Shown here: positions 17,295-23,755 of the stretch, in pieces
Layout: each line of letters opens with the position of its first letter
Position numbering within the stretch: position 1 is the first letter of the stretch
IMG/VR virus record: IMGVR_UViG_2522572155_000001
Span: 64,001-128,000 of that record
Source of the DNA: a virus
Lineage: Duplodnaviria; Caudoviricetes
Strand: one strand, 5' to 3'
Length of the DNA: 64,000 nucleotides
Made by a program: the position numbers and the translations under genes
Notes under the pieces: generated by a model
Told to the model about the DNA's origin: nothing
The model's input: the letters and a program-made list of their open reading frames with translations, nothing else
Database searches by the model: none

Positions 17295-17296
17295 AG

Positions 17297-17369
17297 TGGA
17301 GCCTAAGGGGTTCGAACCCTTCACCTCCTGCTTGCAAGGCAGGCGCTCTCCCAACTGAGCTAAGGCCCC
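17297..17369 (-). tRNA. tRNA-Ala(TGC)
   Basis: Cloverleaf with G3:U70. Confidence 0.94.
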
Positions 17370-17530
17370 ATGTCGTCGCCAAACGATTCCCACTTGGCGA
17401 TTGCACCATCTTCGAGATAGACGCGCCACCAGCGCATCCTCACGATCCTTCCGTGCGTATCCCATTCGACCCACACGTGGAACTGAATTCGGTCGTACGT
17501 GGGATGGTCGATGACCACCATCTGCTCCAT
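17360..17530 (-). CDS. Small hypothetical protein (56 aa) inside the tRNA array
   Basis: MEQMVVIDHPTYDRIQFHVWVEWDTHGRIVRMRWWRVYLEDGAIAKWESFGDDMGP; fills the spacer; stop lies within tRNA-Ala. Confidence 0.4.
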   Translation of the reverse strand: MEQMVVIDHPTYDRIQFHVWVEWDTHGRIVRMRWWRVYLEDGAIAKWESFGDDMGP

Positions 17531-17547
17531 GCACAAACGTAGTCGGA

Positions 17548-17634
17548 CGGAGAGAGGGAGATTCGAACTCCCGAGACACTTTCGTGTCTACCGTCTTTCC
17601 AGGACGGGCCGTTCAGCCACTCCGGCACCTCTCC
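17548..17634 (-). tRNA. tRNA-Ser(GGA)
   Basis: Cloverleaf with long variable arm. Confidence 0.93.
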
Positions 17635-17637
17635 AAG

Positions 17638-17721
17638 CGGAAGCAGAGGGAATCGAACCCCCGACGCTGTCACACGCAGCCGGGTTCAAACCGGTGTCCT
17701 CGTCCATGCCGGACTACTTCC
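17638..17721 (-). tRNA. tRNA-Ser(TGA)
   Basis: Long variable arm, atypical D-arm; loop TT-TGA-AC. Confidence 0.8.
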
Positions 17722-17724
17722 GTA

Positions 17725-17796
17725 AGGCGGGGAGGGGAATCGAACCCCTGTAACGCGCTTTGCAGGCGCGCACATAAGCCACTCTGTCACCCCGCC
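17725..17796 (-). tRNA. tRNA-Cys(GCA)
   Basis: Cloverleaf, U73. Confidence 0.92.
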
Positions 17797-17852
17797 GGGT
17801 GTGGACAAGCAGCAGTTTAGCAGTAGCGAATGCCCTGCACGCTACAGATAAG

Positions 17853-17924
17853 CTGGCCCGGGAGGATTCGAACCCCCGACATCCCGAGTAACAGTCGGGC
17901 GTTCTGCCACTGAACTACGGGCCA
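17853..17924 (-). tRNA. tRNA-Asn(GTT)
   Basis: Cloverleaf; CCCGA-CTGTTAC-TCGGG. Confidence 0.92.
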
Positions 17925-17943
17925 GTAGTTAGGTGCTGGTAGG

Positions 17944-18017
17944 TGGACCGTCCGGGATTCGAACCCGGATAGCAAGGGTAAGAGCCAAGTATGTTATCCA
18001 GTTGACATCAACGGTCC
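17944..18017 (-). tRNA. tRNA-Lys(CTT)
   Basis: Cloverleaf; anticodon stem CTTGG/CCTTG has two U-U mismatches. Confidence 0.78.
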
Positions 18018-18021
18018 GATA

Positions 18022-18109
18022 CGGAAGGAGAGGGAGTCGAACCCTCGGTACCCGGTTAGGGCACACTCGCTTAGCAGGCGAGCCTATTCGGCCTCTCTAG
18101 CATCCTTCC
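18022..18109 (-). tRNA. tRNA-Ser(GCT)
   Basis: Cloverleaf with long variable arm. Confidence 0.92.
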
Positions 18110-18111
18110 AG

Positions 18112-18183
18112 TGCCCCCGAGAGGACTCGAACCTCCAGCCTAACCCTTAGGAGGGGTTCGCTCTTCCGTTGAGCTACAGGGGC
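18112..18183 (-). tRNA. tRNA-Arg(CCT)
   Basis: Cloverleaf; AACCC-CTCCTAA-GGGTT. Confidence 0.9.
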
Positions 18184-18191
18184 GAAGATTG

Positions 18192-18322
18192 CCCACCAAG
18201 GCTTGTCCGCTTGCCTGTCCTCCGTGCGGAGGAGATCGGTCCTGACCGCAGACATGTATCCGATCTTTCAGTCTGCGGGTAGGCGGTTTCGCCTGGCTCG
18301 TAACCGATCCAGGTCGGGTGGG
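18192..18322 (-). ncRNA. Unassigned multibranch structured RNA B
   Basis: Nested helices CCCACC/GGTGGG, CCTG/CAGG, GATCGGT/ACCGATC, AGGCG/CGCCT, CCGCAGAC/GTCTGCGG, TCCTCC/GGAGGA. Confidence 0.55.
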
Positions 18323-18328
18323 ACTTAG

Positions 18329-18709
18329 TGGAGGCGCCGGGAGTCGAACCCGGGTGTTCCGTGCGCGTATCTCGCCAGTCTTTCAGCAGCTTAGGCCGTA
18401 GGTGGCCATCCACAATCTAAGGACACAGGCTAGCTGTGTCTCCACCACCTGCTCGATACGGTCGAGCAGGAAACCGGCCCTCCGTTTAGGAGGGCGTCAC
18501 CCGGAGTTCTGGTCCTAGGCCCCGGGAGCCCGCGCCGTAGGTTACGCTACGGCTAGAAGTGCTTCCAGTTCGTCCTCGACGGTCATAGTGACCTCGGACG
18601 GCATGGAAGCGATGATGTTCTCGCCAGTTATGGCTTGTGGCAGGTAGGTGTGCCGACCGCTGCACTGCTCGGGACTGCATCTCACGGAGTCGAAGCCATG
18701 TTCGCCCCC
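18329..18709 (-). ncRNA. ssrA: tmRNA
   Basis: 5' GGGGGCGAA..GG..TTCGAC, 3' T-arm GGTTCGACTCC and CGCCTCCA with G3:U70; ATAACT-G resume context; tag ORF 18625-18542 GENIIASMPSEVTMTVEDELEALLAVA*. Confidence 0.93.
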
Positions 18710-18713
18710 AGGA

Positions 18714-18778
18714 GGTTCGCCACTCCGACCACCCTTCGCGGGTGGACCCGGAGCGCTCGAAGTCTCCGGCTGCGAACC
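18714..18778 (-). ncRNA. Unassigned structured RNA C
   Basis: Closing stem GGTTCGC/GCGAACC; inner CGCTCCG/CGGAGTG and CCACCC/GGGTGG. Confidence 0.4.
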
Positions 18779-18779
18779 A

Positions 18780-18852
18780 TGTACCCCACAGGGCTCGAAC
18801 CTGTGACCTCGTGCCTGTCAAGCACGTGCTCTCCCAACTGAGCTAGGGGTAC
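18780..18852 (-). tRNA. tRNA-Val(GAC)
   Basis: Cloverleaf; CGTGC-TTGACAG-GCACG. Confidence 0.92.
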
Positions 18853-18855
18853 GGA

Positions 18856-18928
18856 TGCGCGGTGACGGACTCGAACCGCCGACCTACCGGGTGTAAACCG
18901 GTCGCTCTCCCAACTGAGCTAACCGCGC
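18856..18928 (-). tRNA. tRNA-Val(TAC)
   Basis: Cloverleaf; ACCGG-TTTACAC-CCGGT. Confidence 0.93.
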
Positions 18929-18937
18929 GAGGTATAG

Positions 18938-19009
18938 CAGGGGATACAGGACTCGAACCCGTAGCCTCGGTTTTGGAGACCGAGATGTTCGCCTTTACAC
19001 CAATCCCCT
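18938..19009 (-). tRNA. tRNA-Trp(CCA)
   Basis: Cloverleaf; CTCGG(T)-CTCCAAA-(A)CCGAG. Confidence 0.92.
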
Positions 19010-19014
19010 GGGAG

Positions 19015-19088
19015 CGGTAGTGACGGGGCTCGAACCCGCGACCTCTGCCGTGACAGGGCAGCGCTCTAACCAACTGAGCTACACCACC
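19015..19088 (-). tRNA. tRNA-Asp(GTC)
   Basis: Cloverleaf; CTGCC-CTGTCAC-GGCAG. Confidence 0.94.
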
Positions 19089-19099
19089 AGGTACTTCTA

Positions 19100-19174
19100 T
19101 CAGGATGAGAGGATTCGAACCTCCGACTTCTCGCTCCCGAAGCGAGCGCTCTGGCCAGACTGAGCTACACCCTG
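19100..19174 (-). tRNA. tRNA-Pro(CGG)
   Basis: Cloverleaf; CTCGC-TTCGGGA-GCGAG. Confidence 0.93.
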
Positions 19175-19186
19175 TTACCGCGTAAG

Positions 19187-19268
19187 TACACCCGGAGAGA
19201 TTCGAACTCTCAATCCCGAAGGCACTGGTTCCTAAGACCAGCGTGTATGCCAGTTCCACCACGGGTGC
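19187..19268 (-). tRNA. tRNA-Leu(TAG)
   Basis: Cloverleaf with variable arm. Confidence 0.92.
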
Positions 19269-19271
19269 ATA

Positions 19272-19337
19272 AGCGACGAGGCCGAGGGAGGGAAGGGACC
19301 TGGAGGTGCAAACCATGAACCAGGGGGCCTCGTCGCT
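19272..19337 (-). ncRNA. Unassigned structured RNA D
   Basis: 12-bp perfect closing stem AGCGACGAGGCC/GGCCTCGTCGCT, inner CCTGG/CCAGG, pyrimidine bulge TCCCTTCCCTCCCTC. Confidence 0.5.
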
Positions 19338-19339
19338 AG

Positions 19340-19420
19340 CGCGCCCTCAAGGAATCGAACCTCGCCAGCAATTGCAACCGGGTTACAGCCGGTCGGGAAC
19401 TCCAGTTCCCCATAGAGCGC
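19340..19420 (-). tRNA. tRNA-Tyr(GTA), atypical D-arm
   Basis: ACCGG-CTGTAAC-CCGGT; variable arm; 6-bp D-stem GGGAAC-TGGA-GTTCCC. Confidence 0.8.
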
Positions 19421-19425
19421 GAATG

Positions 19426-19530
19426 ACGCAGGCTCACTGATTCGGGCGCGACCACGGAGCAACTAGACCCCAGCTAGGCTTGGGGGCCATGCGGTATTTC
19501 ACCGCTGCACTCAGGAGGATTACCCTGCGT
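19426..19530 (-). ncRNA. Unassigned structured RNA E
   Basis: Closing stem ACGCAGG/CCTGCGT; hairpins GCGGT-GAAAT-ACCGC and GGCCCC/GGGGTC. Confidence 0.4.
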
Positions 19531-19566
19531 TGAGACGTTGATATGTACCGGTGTCTCAGACCGGAG

Positions 19567-19638
19567 TGTCCTCCAAGGGACTCGAACCCTTGACGATGCC
19601 CTTAGAAGGGGCGCGCTCTGCCGCTGAGCTAGGAGGAC
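19567..19638 (-). tRNA. tRNA-Arg(TCT)
   Basis: Cloverleaf; loop CT-TCT-AA; first tRNA of the operon. Confidence 0.9.
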
Positions 19639-19690
19639 GACTTGCATGAGAACGTCATCGGCCGGGGCCGGGCGAACTCCTATGTCGAGA

Positions 19691-19721
19691 GAAAGAAAAG
19701 GCCCGCTCGAATGGCGGGCCT
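19691..19721 (-). terminator. Intrinsic terminator/attenuator upstream of the tRNA array
   Basis: AGGCCCGC-CATTCGA-GCGGGCCT then TTTCTTTC. Confidence 0.85.
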
Positions 19722-19752
19722 CCTGTACGCGCGATGTGCGGGTAGCAGGAGG

Positions 19753-19812
19753 CTACGACAGGGTCTGACCCTTCGGATCGCGACGCGAGTTATGTCTAAT
19801 GAAGTAGGCCAT
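19753..19812 (-). CDS. Putative leader peptide MAYFIRHNSRRDPKGQTLS
   Basis: 19 codons between promoter and terminator; stop abuts a hairpin that competes with the terminator; SD weak. Confidence 0.5.
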   Translation of the reverse strand: MAYFIRHNSRRDPKGQTLS

Positions 19813-19914
19813 TGCTTCTCTGTACCCCTTACCCCAGGCGTGTGGGGCGGTTTCCAGTGCCGCCAGCCTAAAGATTGTCTAAAGGCTGGCGGCGTGGAAG
19901 GGCGACGACGGAGA

Positions 19915-19943
19915 ACTATAGCCCGGGGCCTACCGTTCGTCAA
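19915..19943 (-). promoter_or_regulatory. SigA/sigma70-type promoter of the RNA operon
   Basis: TTGACG-N17-TATAGT. Confidence 0.8.
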
Positions 19944-19970
19944 GGAGAAACTATAAGGCGGGTTCGAATC

Positions 19971-21926
19971 CTAGGCGATCTCGCATGCCCCTGCTACGCA
20001 GGCAAGCTCCTTCATTCCCTCCGTGGCGTCCTCCGTCTCGAACGATGTGAGGGCGTCCCAATACAGGCTGTCGGGCATGGCCTCGGCCAGGCGCACGTAC
20101 ATCTCCTGGTCGATGTCCTGGTAGGGCGCCTGCTGGTATGTATGGTCGGAGTGGGGGAGGAACGAGACGCCGGACATGCGGTCGAAGTGCTTGAAGACGA
20201 AGGCGCCGACCTCCATCCACTCGTCGTCGCGTACGTAGACCGTGATCGAGGGCTTGTGCTCGCACCAGTGCTCGGCGTACGTCAGCCATAGCTCTAGCTG
20301 CTCGATGGCGCTCATGTCGTGCCGCGTGATCGCGCCCTCGGGGGCCTGCATGGGGTAGCTGAAGACCAACGTGCTGTCTGGGTGCAGAAGCTCGTCTTCG
20401 ACCGGCACGCCGCTAGCGGCGAGGAACTGGGCCACGGGGTCGTTCTTGCTCGCGCGGTTTGTCCGCACGTAGTACGGCGCGTAGCGCGGATGGATACCCG
20501 AGGACGCGTCTACAAGCTGCGAGACGGTCCCGGAGGGCTTCACACACGTGATCGCCGTGGGGACGTTGATCCCGAGCTTGGATGCCCAGTTGGTGGCCGT
20601 GTCGATGGCCACCTGCTTCAGGCCGTCGAGGATGTCCCGGAGTAGTGCCTTGCCCTTGCGCCCGGCCATGACCAGGTTGTCCATGATGCCGGTGATCGAG
20701 ACGCCCAGGAGACGCTCTTCCTCGCAGTTCTTCTTCCACGTGGGGGAGAGGAAGCGGAAGTCGGTGAAGGTGCTCTGGATGCAGCCCAAGATGGTCGCGA
20801 GGCGTACCTTCTCTGCCAGGGTCTCGAAGGTATCGTCGGCCCGGCACACGACCTCGGACAGATTGCAGAACTGCCGGTCCCTGAGGATGATCTCCGAGCA
20901 CGGGTTGGTGCCGAAGTCGAAGGAGGCGTCACGACGCCCGGACCGAGCAGCGATCTTCTGCATCCCGGCGCGGTTGACGATCCCGCGTTCCCCTGACTTG
21001 GACTTGATGAGGCTGGTCCACTCCTCCATGAAGAGTTCAGCCGTGGGGCGCTCGTCGTAGACGGCCGAGTTGTTGGCGAGCGCGTACTCGGGGTGGCTAT
21101 CCCACCACTGCCCGGCCTTCGCGTTGCGCATGCGGTCGTCGGAGAGGTTCGAGAGGGAGATCAGGGCCGAGCGACGGACACCGCCCACCACCACGATGTC
21201 TCCCACCTTGCACATGACGCCGTGGCACTCGATAGAGGTGAGCTTGCGGCCCTGCGCTGCCCTGAACGTCTCGATGATGTACCGGAACAGATCCTCCAGC
21301 GGAGCCGGACCAGACGCACGGCCGCCGAAGGTCTTCAGCCGAGCACCGGCAGGGCGTACCTTCGAGGTATCGACGTTCGGGATGTTGCCCGCGTAGAGAG
21401 CCGCCAGCAGACGATTCAGGGCGGACGCCCAGCCCTGCTTCGAGTCCGCGACCACGATCACGTCATCACAAGGGAAGAGGTTCGGCACCTCAGGGAGCTT
21501 GCTGACGTACTGACGCTCCACCGAGAACCCGACGCCGGTACCGCACATCAGGATGTACATGGCCTCAGCGAACGCCTGAACGCGCGAGACGGTGAGGTAG
21601 GCGCAGTTGTAACCCGCAACGTTATCCCGCTCCAGAGCAGGACCGGCGGTCATGAGTGCCCTCATGGAACCAAGGGAGCGGAGGTCGAGCATTCCATCCG
21701 CGAGCGCGGAGCGCTCATCAGGGGTTAGAGCGTACCCCATCTTCAGCGCCTGCTTCTCCATCGCGGAGATGTAGCGCTCGATGCTCTCGTGCCAGAACTC
21801 CCGGCGACCCTCGCGTTCGACCCACCGCGAGTACTTCGTCATGTGGATCTGCTGCTGGTACAGGGTTGGGAGGGTAACGATGTCGTTCTCTTCAGTCATA
21901 AGCGTGCTCGTTACATAGTCGGCCAC
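19971..21926 (-). CDS. nrdJ: Class II (B12-dependent) ribonucleotide reductase
   Basis: GYNCAY, GTNPCSEIIL, FCNLSEV, TCVKPSGT, C-terminal CVAGAC; no small-subunit gene nearby. Confidence 0.93.
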   Translation of the reverse strand: MADYVTSTLMTEENDIVTLPTLYQQQIHMTKYSRWVEREGRREFWHESIERYISAMEKQALKMGYALTPDERSALADGMLDLRSLGSMRALMTAGPALERDNVAGYNCAYLTVSRVQAFAEAMYILMCGTGVGFSVERQYVSKLPEVPNLFPCDDVIVVADSKQGWASALNRLLAALYAGNIPNVDTSKVRPAGARLKTFGGRASGPAPLEDLFRYIIETFRAAQGRKLTSIECHGVMCKVGDIVVVGGVRRSALISLSNLSDDRMRNAKAGQWWDSHPEYALANNSAVYDERPTAELFMEEWTSLIKSKSGERGIVNRAGMQKIAARSGRRDASFDFGTNPCSEIILRDRQFCNLSEVVCRADDTFETLAEKVRLATILGCIQSTFTDFRFLSPTWKKNCEEERLLGVSITGIMDNLVMAGRKGKALLRDILDGLKQVAIDTATNWASKLGINVPTAITCVKPSGTVSQLVDASSGIHPRYAPYYVRTNRASKNDPVAQFLAASGVPVEDELLHPDSTLVFSYPMQAPEGAITRHDMSAIEQLELWLTYAEHWCEHKPSITVYVRDDEWMEVGAFVFKHFDRMSGVSFLPHSDHTYQQAPYQDIDQEMYVRLAEAMPDSLYWDALTSFETEDATEGMKELACVAGACEIA

Positions 21927-22124
21927 TCGCGACCTGAAGTAGAAGCTCAGGTTGATGACTGAAGGGCCGATAACACGCGCGCACTCGGTCAGATATTTAT
22001 CTGCGCGTAGCGCCTCTCTCTGAGGATTAGGAGGTACTAGAAGACTGTGCGCGTGCGCGCATCAGTGCCTGGGCGGGGTGCCGACTAGGTACCGACACAT
22101 ACCTTATGTTCTTGAAGGAGGCTC

Positions 22125-22862
22125 ATGACGACCCTAGAGGCAGTACCTAGCTCCGCTGTCATCGGATCATGGAGCGATCGGAAGCTCGACAACTCGATTC
22201 GTAAGGGCCACGCTGCGGCGGGTTCCCACAAGGCGGCCTACGAGCAGCACGCGACTGTTACCGGCATCCTGCTGATCGAGCGCAAGCGGCGGTTGAAGCA
22301 CGGCGCATGGCTGCCGTGGCTCGCGGAGAACTTCGAGGGCTCGACGGTCGTCGCGCAGAGATACATGCGACAGGCCGACGAGTGGCTAGCAAATACGTCG
22401 TCAGCGACGCGTTTCGACCCGCCAGCCGAGCACCCGACGCCGCCTGTGGAGGACACTACGGAGACGTGCCTTCGACCGCGTGAGGAGACGGGAGTTCCCG
22501 TTGCCACACCTGGCGCACCTGAGCACGAGCCTGTGATCGCGACGCATCGCCCCGGCCCTGAGGAGAGCAAGCGCACGCGTCGCCCTCTGACGGAGGAGGA
22601 GATTGACGAGATCGTCCAGGCGGAAGAGGAGAAGATCGCGCAGATGCGGCGCGGCGCCGCCTTCGAAGCGCATCGCACGCGAGCGCTTGCCTCCCTAGCC
22701 TCGGGTGACGACGCCTATACCGCCGTCGTCGCGGCGATCGACGCCATCGCTCGTGCACGTGGCAAGGTGGATGCGAGGCTGGCGGGCGAGCTAGGAGAAG
22801 CGCACAAGATCGTCAGGCGGGTGCTCATGTCTCTCCACGAGGCAGGGGAGAGTCATGTCTAG
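22125..22862 (+). CDS. DUF3102-like DNA-binding protein
   Basis: GILLIERKRRLKHGAWLPWLAENF...AQRYM pattern; SD GGAGG. Confidence 0.7.
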   Translation: MTTLEAVPSSAVIGSWSDRKLDNSIRKGHAAAGSHKAAYEQHATVTGILLIERKRRLKHGAWLPWLAENFEGSTVVAQRYMRQADEWLANTSSATRFDPPAEHPTPPVEDTTETCLRPREETGVPVATPGAPEHEPVIATHRPGPEESKRTRRPLTEEEIDEIVQAEEEKIAQMRRGAAFEAHRTRALASLASGDDAYTAVVAAIDAIARARGKVDARLAGELGEAHKIVRRVLMSLHEAGESHV

Positions 22863-23445
22863 AGGTCCGCGCCTCGATTTGCGCAAGGAGGGCAGTATCG
22901 CCGCGATGGTCGTGGACAATCTGAACCACGCGAATCGTCCGTGCACCAAACGTGAGCTTGCCGAGGAGATGGCCATGTTCCTCGACTACCCTAGGTACCC
23001 GGAAACGCGGGTGGCCACGATTCTCCGGCGGACCAGAGAGCCGGGGTACGAAGGGCGGCCGATCGCGTGGGTGCAGGCGAAGGGAAGATACGAGACAATC
23101 AGCACCAACTCTAATCTCCTAGCTGACCACCAGCGAGGCACCATGAATCCGGTACGCAGGGGGCTCGAAGGGGCTACGAGCGGAATTCTGCTCGTCGCGT
23201 CGGAGAAGTGTCCCGAACTCGTGCCCGAGTTGACCCGCATAGAGGACGCCTACAGGCGCGAGATACGGGAGCTAAGGGCAGACAACGACGCTCTGCTGCT
23301 CACACTTCGCGTGGTGCATCGTGATCCTCAAGGACAGAAGGTGCTCAGTGCTGCGCTTGATAGAGCATGTGAGGAGTTCTCCGATGAGCTTCCGGCGCTG
23401 CCACCGGGTCCCAGCGCTCCATATGGTGACGGTGCCGTTGGGTAA
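22855..23445 (+). CDS. Hypothetical protein (possible winged helix plus coiled coil)
   Basis: 196 aa; overlaps upstream gene. Confidence 0.6.
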   Translation: MSRGPRLDLRKEGSIAAMVVDNLNHANRPCTKRELAEEMAMFLDYPRYPETRVATILRRTREPGYEGRPIAWVQAKGRYETISTNSNLLADHQRGTMNPVRRGLEGATSGILLVASEKCPELVPELTRIEDAYRREIRELRADNDALLLTLRVVHRDPQGQKVLSAALDRACEEFSDELPALPPGPSAPYGDGAVG

Positions 23446-23481
23446 CGGGTGACAAGCCCCAACCCCAAAAGGAACGACTCG

Positions 23482-23658
23482 ATGAAGAAGACCGAGGCAG
23501 TCAAGGGCGTAATCGCAGCCGGACTAGCGCTTGCCGTTGCGAAGGGACTCCTGGTCCCGGGCGACAGCGACTCCATCAAGGCGATCGTGGACGCCGTACT
23601 CGTGGCCGTGGGTGTCTTCGGCATCCACCCCTTCGGCACGTCCGACGAAGCCGAGTAA
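23482..23658 (+). CDS. Small two-TM membrane protein, holin candidate
   Basis: MKKTEAVKGVIAAGLALAVAKGLL...IVDAVLVAVGVFGI, charged tail; SD AAGGA. Confidence 0.6.
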   Translation: MKKTEAVKGVIAAGLALAVAKGLLVPGDSDSIKAIVDAVLVAVGVFGIHPFGTSDEAE

Positions 23659-23681
23659 GGCTCGGCCACTCCAGGATGTAT

Positions 23682-23709
23682 CAGAAGACCCGCCTTGGCG
23701 GGTCTTCTG
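23682..23709. terminator. Hairpin terminator
   Basis: CAGAAGACCCGCC-TT-GGCGGGTCTTCTG. Confidence 0.75.
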
Positions 23710-23755
23710 CGTTCTGTAGGAGTTCGCTCGCGCAGCGGCCGATTAGGGATCCACG

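Noticed and set aside
18192-18322. Hammerhead ribozyme (CGAAAC and CTGA..GA present)
   Set aside because: Core spacing is wrong (CTGAAAGA) and there is no correctly placed NUH cleavage triplet or stem III.
15320-19462. Track ORFs overlapping tRNA, tmRNA and RNase P genes
   Set aside because: They are translations of structural RNA genes.
19480-19512. rRNA fragment (GCAGCGGTGAAAT resembles a 16S helix)
   Set aside because: Match is only about 12 nt with no flanking rRNA similarity.
19691-19910. T-box riboswitch
   Set aside because: No T-box antiterminator consensus (GGTGGNACC) and no recognisable stem I specifier loop.
19958-19972. Plus-strand T-arm-like GGGTTCGAATCC as tRNA or attP
   Set aside because: No cloverleaf around it and no integrase in the window.
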